DNA of 64,000 nucleotides, from contig NC_087252.1 in NCBI RefSeq assembly GCF_037042905.1, forward strand, positions 37,882,001 to 37,946,000. The letters run 5' to 3'. Positions 28,201 through 41,092 of this stretch are shown here, in pieces. This DNA is from Lytechinus pictus (Eukaryota). The position numbers and the translations under genes are program-made. The number at the start of each line of letters is the position of its first letter. Within the stretch, counting starts at the first letter, position 1. The notes beneath the pieces were generated by a model. It ran no database searches. It saw only the letters and a list, made by a program, of their open reading frames with translations, and was not told the DNA's origin.

Positions 28201-28664
28201 AACAACAGTATTCCCATATCAAATCGCAACATTTCGTATTGCCGCCGAAGTGACCTTGATTCATATATAGAACTTGGCTGGATTGACCAAATTGTCTTCC
28301 GTAACAACAAACCTTCTTGAACCATAAATAATTCTACCCAAATAATGCTATAAACATACAATGGGCAATTCAAAGGTTATGAACTTCAATTTGAGTTTCA
28401 TTGAGTTATCATTAAAATAACTTGACCTTTCTTATGCAAAAGTCGGACCCTCTCCGTCGAAAGCTATTGCACTTCTTCACATTATGATCAAAACGCCATG
28501 TAATTACATATCATCAATTACTGATGACAGAATCTGAAGTGGCATCTATACACACCAATGCCAGGTGACAAGCGCTTCATGTGCAATCCATCATTCAATT
28601 TTGTAATCATTATTCCACGTAATTTAGCACAAAGGATATTGAGCGATTATGTAAAGTGATATTG

Positions 28665-29207
28665 TATTCATCAATTTCAAGAGAATTTGAAGGGCCCAGG
28701 TTTTGGAACGATCTTCCCGATGATATGGTACATAGTGCCTTCAAACGTAAATTGAAAGCGATTCTTATCAATTCTTATAATTTCCCCTTGTAAAATTTTA
28801 TATTCATGCACTTTGTTAATACGCTCTGGCCGAGTAATGAGTAATAAATAATTGTCATAGAGTGGCGGACTCTTTTTTATTTATTTATTTATTTTTTTTG
28901 GTATTCTTTACACAATCGTCACATTTTTGGCATTACTTTGTTATAATCAATTTACTTACCTGTCCTCTCCTCATTAAGACCGATTTTTTTTCTGGATCCT
29001 GCAGACTTAACAAGCTTTGCTTTTTTATGCAGGTTCCCTCATATTTCACTCTTTTAAATTGTCTTTAATTCAAAATCGCTATTTTGTTTAATTTGAATTA
29101 ATTGTTATGCCTTGTCTGATTTGTATTCTCATAAGTTTTCTGATATTGTTTCATAATTTTGTTTGTACTTGTGAAATATGTGAAAAAAAATAAAATCAAA
29201 TCAAATT
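28665..29207 (+). mobile_element. CR1-like LINE 3' fragment
   Basis: Matches the end of the 43.8-45.5 kb element (tttgaagggcccaggttttggaac vs tttgaaggacctaggtttggaac); ends aaataaaatcaaatcaaat. Confidence 0.6.
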
Positions 29208-29560
29208 TACGTGATATGACTTTATACATTCGCAAAATATTCGCCTTTTTCTTATATGCGGATGTGTCATGAGATGGTAGTAGACGAGTCTCCATTTCCT
29301 TACTTTCATTTTCTATCACTTGCTTTGAGAATACCGGAAATTCATCGTGAAGACCGAGAGAATAGAATATTGTCAAAACATCTTGTATTCACAATTATCA
29401 TATTACATGCAAACTTAGAGTTGGTTTGGACGTATGAAACAGATAACACAGTAATGGAAACTAATGGTTTCTGGGTTAAAACGCTATACGGCACGATACA
29501 ACAGGCCCAACATGTAAAAAAAAAGGTTATCTTCCACTATCCATGTACAAAATCGACTAA

Positions 29561-30085
29561 AGAGGAAGTTCACCCTGAAAAAAATTTTACTTTTGAAATA
29601 GCAGAAAAAAATTATTAAAAAAAATACTGTAGAAGGTTTGAAAAACTAATAATATAAAAGTTATTAGAATTTTAATTATATGATTTGTGACGCCAAATAA
29701 TATAAAAGTTATTAGAATTTTAATTATATGATTTGTGACGTCATATGAGCAGCATTCCTACATAATCATATGGTAAAAAATCAATGAAATGTCATTGAAA
29801 TGGTCTTTACTGTACCTTTAGTATAAAACCGACAAATCATTTCGCATCTGTCTTAAAAAAGAAAAGAAAAATCATCACGAACTATTTAAAAAAACCCTGA
29901 AATTTTATGCATTTTATATTACATAACATATGGGGCAGCTGCTCGTTTATGACGTCACAAATCCATAACTTAAAATTCTAATAACTTTCTTAATTCTTAA
30001 TGGATTTTCCTCAATCCCTCAACAATATTTATTATTTTTTTCCTGCTATTTAACAACAAACTTTTCTTCAGGGTGAACTTACCCT
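29561..30085. mobile_element. TTAA-flanked Kolobok-like MITE family 5
   Basis: AGAGGAAGTTCACCCTGAA ... TTCAGGGTGAACTTACCCT|TTAA. Decayed relatives near 14100-14570 and 32120-32690. Confidence 0.75.
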
Positions 30086-31449
30086 TTAAATAGCAAATCA
30101 TATACCTAGTACTAACGAAACTGTATAAAGACATGCTGGTATATAAGTTCATGCTTTACTTATCAAAGTATCGAATTTTTATATGCAACACAAAACCTAA
30201 TTATTACAGCACAGCAAAATTAATGTGCAGTACATTACATACCCCCCCCCCCCAAGTGGGAATATGACATCATCAGCCACCTAATGAATATTCATAAAGA
30301 TATGCCTAGAATTGTTTCACCGGAATAATGCAAATATTCAAATTCAATAACTTCGTTATTTGTTACCGGATTTTGATCAAATCTTCCACATTTTGCTCTG
30401 TGAATTTTACTCTATTTATTGAAATATAAATATCTTCAGCCCGGAGCATCCATTTTAGTTATCATCTGTGTTTATTATACACTTGAGAAGAGTAATGTAC
30501 GCACGCGATTGACACTTTTTGCAGGGATTTGAAATAAATCCTATTGGACTAGTTAGGGACCAATCGAATTCAGGATTCAGTTTGACCTCAAAGGCTTTAT
30601 ATTCAAATCACCGAGATTTCAAACTATATTTTAAGGATACAAATCCAGGCCTGTACAAAACTAAATCCAGAATTCGATAGGTCCCCAAGTACAGTCTACC
30701 TCGATTTATTTCATCCCAGAACCGACCTTGAGAGAACGATTGTGCATGTTGACAAGCCCCACCCCCCCTTTCATTCACTCTTATTGCTAATTCATGAAAT
30801 AAATAGAGTAGTTGAGGTTCCAATCGAATTCTGGAATTTGTTCGTATCCCTAAAAATAGCTTGAAATCTCGAGGATTTATATTTAAAGTCTTTGAGATTT
30901 AAGGTTCCATGACATTTGCTCCGGCGACAATCACTCCGATGGGAAATCCAACCTCCAGCACTAAATAAACCCCAATCCCTATCTTCACATCATTCTGAAC
31001 CAAACACTCTATTGCACTTCTATCTCTAACCCTATGCCCTCTTAGATATTAAGACAGGAGCAAATGTCGCAGGAGCAAATGTCGTGTCACCCTCAAGGTT
31101 TTTGGGTGTCATCCTTTTATAGCCTTTGCTCGCTATTATATAGGCCCATATCATTTCGGTGAATCATGAATTCGGCTAAACATTTATCCATGGCAACATT
31201 AATTTGAAATGACTTCCTCGTCATGAAACCTGAAATAACCTTCAGAACCGTGCATGTGACCAGACTTTTTATATAGCCTATCAATATTATCATTGCAGGA
31301 TGTATACTATACTTATCTGTCAATCTGCAGACCATACGTTCCTGCATACATCCTTTAACAAAGGCACGTGGTTATCGAATATTACAGGACTTTGAAAATT
31401 AATGGAAGGTATATCTACAGAATCGTGGTAATCACTCTGTACTCTTTAA

Positions 31450-32032
31450 AGGAGAATGAAACCCTTGAAGCCAGCTGAATCCATATCAAAGAGAAAAATC
31501 AAAGAAACATATTGTTGAAAGTTTGAGGAAGATCGAATGAATAATGAAAAAGTTATGAGCATTTGAATATTGAGATCACTAATGCCATGTAGATCCTCCT
31601 ATTGGCAATGCGACCAAGATCTGTGATGTCACACACGTACAACTCCCTCATTACTTAGTACTTATTTCACTTATATTCTCACTTTTATAGAGTCTATCAC
31701 AAGGTGAGGTGTTCTCTTTATGAGAGGACAAGTACAGATGTTTCACAACATTATATCATTGATGAATCGTTTGTCATATGATTAGAATGAACAAAAAGAG
31801 ATTTTTGGGGGTATATTTTCAGTATCCAAAAGGGGAGAGTTGTTCATCTGTGACATCATAGATCTTGGTCGCATTGCCAATGGGAGGATCTCCATAGCAT
31901 TAGTGATCTCGACATTCAAATGCTCATAACTCTTCTATTGCTAGTCCTATTTTACTCAAACTTTTGTTGATCTTATTCTTTGATTTTTCTGCTTTCACAA
32001 AAGCTAACTTGCTCCAAGAGTTTCATTCTCCT
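31450..32032. mobile_element. TTAA-flanked Kolobok-like MITE family 3
   Basis: TTAA|AGGAGAATGAAAC ... GTTTCATTCTCCT|TTAA; ~180 bp inverted arms. Confidence 0.85.
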
Positions 32033-33927
32033 TTAAGATTATGCAATGCCAATAAAGGCAATAAACATACAACTATTTTTGCCTTTCATGGCACTATAAT
32101 CGGCTAATGAGCAAATTCATTATAGGGGAAGTGCACCCCGACGACAAGTTGGTCCTAATAGAAACACTAAAATAAGAAAAAATATTGATGAAGGCTTAAT
32201 TGAATTCTATCAAACATATTAAAGAATAAGAGAGGAGAGTTTTGAGGTTTTTGAAATTAATTATTGTGACGTCAATATGCGAGCAGCTTCCCCATATATC
32301 ATGTAACATAATTCGGAATACGATCTTTTATTTTCTCATCTGATGATTATCTATATATTTTTCTCGTTCAAATTTGAACTATAGACAAATCAGCACTCCG
32401 AGGTGCAGTCACTGTACACGCTCTTTAAGAGCTAAATTAGCTCTTCGTTTTTTAGAGTGTGTACCGCACAAGAGAAATCACTTTCATATTTTTAAAATGG
32501 CATTTTTTTGGATATTTATATCACACGACATATAGCTTGCTTCTCGTCTGTGGCGTACATGAAAACAAAAACAAATTTGTTTATATCTCAGTTGTTCTTT
32601 GGCAGATTTCAATAAAACCCTTAACAGTATGTTCTCTATTTTTCTATACTTTTAATAAAATAATCATATTTTCATGGTAAACTTTCCCTTCAATATCAGT
32701 AATTAAGTAACACCACAGAACCTTAGGCTAAATGTCCAACATCAATATTCCATCATTACTTATGGCATAAGTACACATCACATATTGTGTTGCTTTATGT
32801 ATTTCCAGGGCCCTTCCTTCTGGTCGCTTCTGTTTTCATTTTCGACAAATGGTTTTGATTCGACTTAAAGGGATGCTGCAGGCTGAAGATATTTATATCT
32901 CAATAAATACAGTAAAATTCACTGAGCAAAATGTTGAAAATTTGATCAATATCGGATAACAAATAAAGAAGTTATTGGAATTTAAAGATTTGCTTTATTC
33001 CGGTGAAACAGTTCTAGGCATGTCTTCATGAATATTCATTAGGTGGGCTGATGATGTCATATCCCCACTTGTTCTTTTGTATTTTATTATATGAAATAGG
33101 TTTATTCAACATTTTTCTAACAAGACCTAGAACAATTGGATTGACAACTGATTAAGCGCCTTACTTATTGCTGCAACTTCATCATAATGGAGACATTTAC
33201 ACAAACATGAAAAAATGAAACAATTATGATTTCATGTAATAACACAAGAAAAAGGAAAGTGGGGATGTGTTATTATCAGCCCACCTAATGAATATTCATG
33301 ACGATGTGCATATAACTAATTTCACAAAAAATTGCTTCATATAAAACCCAATAACTTCGTGCTATTTTTTTTACTGTGTTACTAAAAAAATATGATTGCT
33401 ATTATGACCATTATAATTATTATTATTACTAATATTATTATTTACGTCCGTAAATTCCAGGCAAGCTAATTAGTTTTCTACTGTTTTTGTTATAGGCCTC
33501 ACCCCCCAATGTTATTTGTTTATTATGTATATATATATATATATTATTTTTGTATTGTGTATTTTAATTGCGTGTGTTATAACTGTGATTGTATAATGTT
33601 CGAATTGTGATTGATAGCAGGGCTCCCTTGTAAAGCAGGCCTCTGGCTTGAATGGGACTACCCTGCTTTTTATAAAGAAAACATGAATAAATAACTAAAT
33701 AAACACGAATATTATTATGTATTATTTTTATCATAATCATTATTATTTTATGAATATGTGGATCCTTCCTTTTCCAGTTGAACTTTGATCCTTTGTTATC
33801 AATTTCATGTATTGACAAATGATTATGAAACGTTATAGTTTACTAAACATGCTAAATGCGGAAATAAAACCAAACTATCAAATTAAATCATATCCCATGC
33901 GCTGGGGGGGGGGGGGGGTGACATAAA

Positions 33928-34751
33928 GGTTCGGTGCAAAATGTCAGAGGTAAGAATGGCAGAGGTTCGCGTTTAATCACATCAACTGATAAAGCAATAA
34001 ACCTAAAATGATAAAACACATAATATGTAATCAGCTCATAAGCCTATTTCGTAGACAAAAATCCATACAATGTCAATAATTATGACTGATATTGACGGGT
34101 AAAGCTCTTTATTTTCCTTGTCGATGCATAGGTCAATGGTCGATGTCATATTTACCTCTGTCATTTTACCTCTGCCATTATTACCTCTGCTATAATGACC
34201 TTTGTGCCATTTTTACCTCTGTCATTACTACCTTTGCAATTTTCACCTCTACTAATTACCTCTGCCATAATTACCCCTGCCTTTACCTCTGCCATTTTTA
34301 CCTCTGCCACTTTTACCTCTGCAATAATTACCTTTGTGCCATTTTTACCTCTGCCACTACTATACCTTTGCAATTTTCACCTCTACTAATTACCTCTGCC
34401 ATAATTACTTCTGCCATTTTCACCTCTGCCATTATTACCTCTGCCATTTTTACCTCTGCCAGTTTTACCTCTGCCATTATTACCTCTGCCATTTTTATCT
34501 CTGCTATTTTTACCTCTGTCATTTTTACCTCTGTCATTTGTACCTCTGCCATTTTAACCTCTGCCATTTTTACCTCTGCCATTTTTACATCTGCCATTAT
34601 TACCTCTGCAGTAATTACCTCTGCTATTTATGCCTGTGTCATTTTACCTCTGCCATTTTCACCTCTGCCACTTTTACCTCTGCCATTATTACCTCTGCCA
34701 TCTTTACCTCTGCCATCTTTACCTCTGCCATTATTAACTCTGCCTGGCACC
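33928..34751. mobile_element. Foldback-type element whose right arm has expanded into a 15-bp minisatellite (TACCTCTGCCATTWT)n
   Basis: Flanks GACATAAA / GACATAAT; GG..CC ends; two inverted units (GGCAGAGG) at the left; array at ~34150-34745. Confidence 0.7.
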
Positions 34752-36414
34752 GACATAATGTATATGTGACGTAATTTATTTTCCCTCGATTGAATATTAG
34801 AGGGTAAATGACAAATCATGTGATTGCAAAGTGCTTGTTCACAACAAGGCTATTGTAGTACCATAGAGCTATTAACAAAATACGGTGTATTATCTACCCT
34901 ATTTTATTTTCTCCGTGTTTTCGCGCGAATAATTACAGTTGTTGATCTCGGGCGTGTCTAGTCTTGTTCCAAGGATGACCAAGGCTTCAATTATTATGTC
35001 GACAAACAAAACCATCTCCAAACAATAATAACAGCAAACAATCACACAATCTGTTCGTTATACCTCCCTCAGGTGAATAGATGACTTAGGGGCCGCAAAG
35101 AGTGCATAACGATGGAGGTAATTGTATGCAAATAATTGGTGGAGGACAATAGCCGGTCCGTTATAACGTAATCGCTATTCATCCAGAAATAACAAACTTG
35201 GAGACAACACGATGGAACAAAACAAGGAACGGTAAAGTACAAAAACGTGTTAGTTTGTTCATGCAGGCACGAAAAGGGGTCAAGAGTATTAGGGGTTATT
35301 TTTTCGCATGGAAATAATCAAAAGTTTCTGCAATTTTGCAGAAAATGATAATAACGAGGATGATGCAGAATACGACCAATACGCTGACTGAGCTCATCGG
35401 TATATAGGCCTAACATTTTCTTTTGAGTGTAGGCCTATGTGGTTCGCGTGTATATACTTGTAATTATTGAACAATACCTGAACTACACTTCGAAATAATA
35501 GCCAATGCCAAATTACCAATCCATTCTGATGTAACGCTTTGCGTGATGATCATAATTCTCTATTTTAACATCCAAAAACAACCCAAGTATTCCACTGGTC
35601 CCTTCCCTGTGAATACATATATTATTACATCTTACGTAACACTCACGAATCCGTATTTAGTACGCTGTGGAAAAACTAGCTAGTCTACTGTGCATACAAT
35701 TCACTGGAGTTAAGGGTCTGAATGTGCAGCCTATATATGTCTTGTGTACTGAAGGCCTCATATGCTAGTCTTTGCGTGGAGACCCACATGTTAATCAAAG
35801 TTTCAATCAGGGTCTGTGTCTGCAGATTAGAGAAAAAACAGTCTTTCCCACATAAGGAAGGGGGTTGCGGGACGAGAAAGATTTAAAGAATGAAAGAGAG
35901 AGAGAGAGAAGAGAGGAGATAAAGGGCGGCGGGGGGGGGGGCTGTATCTATAGACTACCCCATTCTCGGTCCAGTAGTTCTGGGTGAACCCATCGGGGGC
36001 ACACAAAAATCAACAAGTTTATCCAACCGAGCAAACAATAGACTCACAGCTGTTCGTGTCTTTGTTCGGGCGTGAAAGTCTCATCTCATTTGGTGCGGTG
36101 CGGTAGGTGTATTTGCTTATTGAATTTCGAAACGGGCATTTACATTTGCGAAATAGGAGAAAAAAAAATAACGACACGAGTGTGTGAGTCACTGCAGTGC
36201 AATATGGAGGGTATTATACCTCGAGTTTCGCAATATGCTGAAATTTAGGCAAGATTCGGAGAGGAAACAATAAATAATGATTCTTGGGAAACCGTAACCG
36301 AAGTCTTTGGCTTGAAAATCAACCATCTTCCAATAAGATCAATTCTTATTTGTAACCGGCAAACAGGCTTAACAGGTCATAATTGGAAAGACAGTTTCAA
36401 CCCCAACCAACCCG

Positions 36415-36653
36415 CACTGTAAAAACTGTGGTGTTAAAACTGACACCAGTGGGTGTTAATAGAGGACCACACCCTCTGGTGTTAAAATTACACCCTAGAG
36501 ATTGAATATAACACCAAAGAGTGTACATGTAACAACCAAAGGTGTTGCAATAACACCTATAGGTGCTAAACTAACACTGTCAATTTAACACCGGTGTAAA
36601 ATAACTGGTGTGGTACTCTATGTACACCGGTTAACACCGCAGTTTTTGCTGTG
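36415..36653. mobile_element. CAC..GTG MITE, copy of 58216-58454
   Basis: Highly similar along its full ~240 bp. Confidence 0.8.
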
Positions 36654-39287
36654 TGCATGTGTACCTAAAAGAGAGGAAGAGAGAGAAAGAGAGAGGGAGA
36701 GGGGGAGAGAGAAATCCTTTATGTATAAATATGTAAATTTTCCCCTTTGAACCTAGTCATACTATATATAATAACAGGATCCAGTTCTACTATATCAAAA
36801 TGGTCACAGTGTGGAAAATATGGAAGTCCCGTCTCTTTCATGCCAACTTGATTACGTAATAGCATTTATATCTGGGAGTGGAGCACAAACGTTAATGGCA
36901 TTAATTCACTAATTTTCTGTTATTATGACAAAAGGTTCATTGCAATTTCTGTTAGCACAAAGTTAGTGTAAAGTTCACATACCCTCATGCCAATTAGAAT
37001 TCAATCCCACGGCAGCTAACATTGTGGTTAGAAAGCCCTGGAATGTTGGCACCAAAATATTCTAATTCGATGTTCAAGGATAAACATTAAAACAAAAAAA
37101 GAAATTGGTAGTCGATTTTTGTTCCGACAATAACTTCTGGATTCTTTTCCGCGATTAGATCTGGGGTCGGCAACACATAGCTTAGCAATCATCGCAGACG
37201 GTAGACTTATTTTGTTAGATTGATTGCATTGATTACAAAGTACAATTAATCTTTACAAAAAATCAAGCATACGATTAATCAGTAACCTTTGTGTTACAGA
37301 ATCCAAGTTGTTGTGGATGAAAATTAGAAGGTTTTTATTTTTATTACGGTATTGCATTCACAATTTCGCTGCACTGCAATCGCATTGAGCTTGCGGTCGC
37401 ATTCATTCGAATAAAATATGGATACTTCTGGAGACAAGACTAGCAGTAGCACGGAAAATCATTATCATTACTTCATAGGTCGAAACCAGTACTTAATAAG
37501 GACGTCACAAAGAGCATGATTAATAACATGCTTTAAAGGTCTATTCTCCGGGCTGAGAATATTTATATCTAAATAGATAGAGTAAAATTCACAGAGCAAA
37601 ATGCTGAAAATTTCATCAATTTCTGACTAGCGAAGTAATTGAACTACAAAGTGTAGCAATATATTGTGAGAACAGTTATATACACGTCGTCAATAATATT
37701 CATTAGATCGGCTGATGATGTCACATCTCCACTTTCCCTTTTCTTATGTTATTACATGAAATCATAATTGTTTCATTTTTTCATTGTATGAATGATATGT
37801 ATCCCTTGTAATGATTTAAGTTACAGCAATGAATATCTAATGCACTAAATCAGTTGTCATTCCTTTTTTTTAGTTCTTGAAGGTAAACATTTAATTTCAT
37901 ATAATAAAATACAAAAGAACAAGTGGGGATATGACATCATCAGTTTTCCATTGAATATTCATGAAGACATGCCTAGAACCGTTTCACCGGAATAATTCAA
38001 ATCTTTAAATTGCCATGACTTTGTTATTCCTTCTCCGATTTTTAAATCAAATTTTCAGTGTTTAGTTTGTCTGATTTTTCTTTATCAGTTCAAATCATAT
38101 TATTGCCAGCCTTTTATCATATGATAATGTGATAAAGCTCAAATGAGGTACATTGATAATATATTTTGTCCATGTCTTACATTTTCCCGGGACACAATAT
38201 AATACAATTTCTAAAACATATACACTAAAGGACACAATCCTCTTATATAATAGCTCCTGCTACATTTACACTATATACGGAAATATTCACCTTCATAGTG
38301 TCAACACTAACAGCACAATATGATTTTGAGGAAATATGATTTGCAAAACCAATGGCTACTATATCATATTATATATCAGCATCAGTGAAGCTCTATATAG
38401 GCAATAGGCGTTAAATAATAGTCCCCATTTTTTTTTTTTTTGGGGGGGGAGGAGGTTTATGTTGGGCTCCTCAGTCGATTTCGACTATTGGGGGGGGGGG
38501 GGGGTTAATTACAGCTACATTTTATTCAAGTCTTGATATTTATTCTATAATTCCTAGAAACACGACTGACAACACTTGGAATGAATAGGTAATAAAATAC
38601 CAACTCATGTAATAGGAGAAAGGGGTACATCAAGCATCTCAGCTCAGTGCTGAGGAAGATGATAAACTAGATACATTACATGTAGTCCATTGATGACATT
38701 TATGTAACTAAAAACCCCAGTTCCTCTCAAATGAGGCCAAAATGATCATCATAGAGGTATCTCACTTGTACCTCCATGAAGATACTGAGCACAAATTCTG
38801 ATGGACGACATCGGTTGAATGTAAAGTGGATGCACCCTACATCATAATACGGCTATATGGTAAAGTCATTAACACATGCGTGACCTGCTAACAAGCAAGG
38901 CCGAGGCATTCAAGTTATGCATATGTGTCAACCATGATGATGCACAATTGAATACAATAGAACAGGATCATGAATTATAATAAGATGAAAATGTAACAAA
39001 AACATTGCCGATAGGATTGATGATGGAAACTCATGCGCGCACAGGTTCTTTGTGTGCACTTTGTTACGGCAACACTGCTCTGTTTATATCTCCGTTAATA
39101 TACTACTCGGGTTCTGTCATTCAGGTATTGATTGATTGAAACTTGATAATCCACTAAATGCTGTTGTCTATACGCAGATATACACGATACTCCCGTGAAC
39201 TTAGGAATGGTGATAGCTCATAATTAGGTTAAACAAAAACAGGATACAGCAATAACAAAGGATAACGGCATCATCATCATAACTTAC

Positions 39288-39357
39288 CTCCGACATAGAT
39301 CATAACAAACATCCGCCACGAAATGAAGCTACATTTTAAAGAGGAGATTTCCGCCAT
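39288..39357 (-). CDS. Ig receptor gene A, exon 1 (start codon and signal peptide MAEISSLKCSFISWRMFVMIYVG)
   Basis: Kozak-like accATGG at 39357. 70 nt end in G|GTAAGT (phase 1) and join exon 2 in frame to give a continuous hydrophobic leader (...MFVMIYVG-A-SLMCERISA). A CpG-rich region lies upstream. Confidence 0.75.
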
Positions 39358-39793
39358 GGTTCTTCGTTCTGGATATTCAAAAATATGCCAGCATAAAAAT
39401 GAATAATCCACGGGTGATAGTCCTGTGCTATTGCACCATTTGGAGCTCCGATTCTGCCGAAGAGATCGGGTTTATTGAAATCCTGGCACGTTCTTTGTCG
39501 TCGCATGTCATGTGTTGGCTTTGTGTCGACGAATCAGCTGGGCAGATCGCGAAAAAGGAAAACATAGAAAATACCGTCTGCGTCGCAACACACGCAATGC
39601 TAGGGACCCCCGATGTGTTTCGTCTTCTGCTGATACACACGAATTGAAACTCTGTGGTTAGCGAACGAGCGACGAAGTGTGTGTATGAGGATGAGCTCAC
39701 CCGCCGAGAGGCTAGGGAAGACCTCGATAGCGAGCTCCGTCGGTGTAATTGTTATGCGCAGTTTGCCCGGATTTCGATCCAGAGAGCGCAAGA

Positions 39794-39881
39794 CACGTGC
39801 CAAAGCATAATTACTTTAGTGACGTCATTTAGGTCATGTGATCCGCTGTTTCTAGGGGAATCCCCAGCCTTTTTTGACTCA
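39794..39881 (-). promoter_or_regulatory. Candidate promoter of gene A: E-box, CRE, kappaB and AP-1 cluster
   Basis: CACGTG 39794-39799, TGACGTCA 39820-39827, GGGGAATCCCC 39855-39865 and TGACTCA 39875-39881, in a CpG-rich stretch ~440-520 bp upstream of the ATG. Confidence 0.6.
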
Positions 39882-40520
39882 TCTTCGTCTGCGGAGCCCC
39901 GTTGGCGGTGGGGCATAAATTTGATTGAGAGACACGCCTGCGTCTCTCCACTCCGATCAATTTGAAAGCATTAGTTTCTTAATGAACTAGTTCATTATTA
40001 TAAAGGTTTCGAAGAACAGTTTCGAGCATTGGTAGTATATGAATGCCTAGTAATAATAAATTATAATAATATAGGTATATTTCCCGGTATATTTACCCAT
40101 GGAAGCCACTTCAGTTCTGAAAACTACTGTTCTCCCAGCGGGCCCTGCTATTATAACCCGGGCTTTAGCTCGGCTGCCTAGGCGCTCAAGCATTCAAGGA
40201 ATTTCTTCCTACCGGGTACCCATTCACCTCAACTGGGTTAAGTGCAGCAAAATGTGGGAAAAAATTCTTGCTGATTACGCCATGGCTGGGATTCGAACCC
40301 ACGAGCCTCTGCAGTATTGGTATATCTATTTATTTACTTATTTGCCTTCTTTACCCAGGGTAGCCTGTTCAGTGATTAACACAATTTTATCAACCAGGGC
40401 CCTGCACATACACATAGAACGATCATAGAACATATCATATAAAAACATGAGAAGTCGACATTATTACATTACAATACAATTACAATAGAGTGAATGGGTC
40501 ATATCCAGGTTATAGATTCA

Positions 40521-41092
40521 AGGAAACCAAAACCCAAGAAGAGAAGTAAATCATATTGGAAAGAGTAAAATGAGAGGAACAATTACAAAAAGTTTCATCA
40601 AAATTGGTTATGAAATAAGCAAGTTATGGATGTTTAAAAAGTTTTGTTATACTTTCCATGGGGATCCTCAAATTGGCAAACGTGCTTTTAAAATGGTTGA
40701 TTTTGTGGACAACTCTCCATTTGTTTTGTACACAAATTTTCAGATTTTCCCCATTATTTGACATTATCTCCTTCTGACCTTGACAAATGTGGTGTGAATA
40801 ATATTTTCCCATGACATATTTTGTGCTCAGAAGGAGGCAAGATGCAATTTGAAAGGTAAATGAGGAAAATATGAAAATTTGTGTACAAAACAAATGGAGA
40901 GTTGTCCACAAAATCAGCCATTTTGAAGCACGTTTGCCAATTTGAGGATCCCCATAGAAAGTATTTACAGGAGTTTTCAAACTCCCATAACTTGCTTATT
41001 TCATAACCGAGTCTGGTGAAACTTTTTTAAATTGTTCCTCTCATGTTACTCTTTCCAATAAGATTGCATCTCTTCTTGGGTTTTGGTTTCCT
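40521..41092. mobile_element. TTAA-flanked Kolobok-like MITE family 4
   Basis: AGGAAACCAAAACCCAAGAAGAG ... CTCTTCTTGGGTTTTGGTTTCCT|TTAA. A shorter relative lies at 757-1142. Confidence 0.85.

Noticed and set aside
34092-34819. Long repetitive ORFs (TSAIF, LCHFY, MAEVK repeats)
   Set aside because: Stop-free frames of a 15-bp minisatellite inside a foldback element; open on both strands, with no gene context.
39399-39965. Overlapping short ORFs in the GC-rich region
   Set aside because: Better explained as the 5'UTR/promoter of gene A; no domain features.
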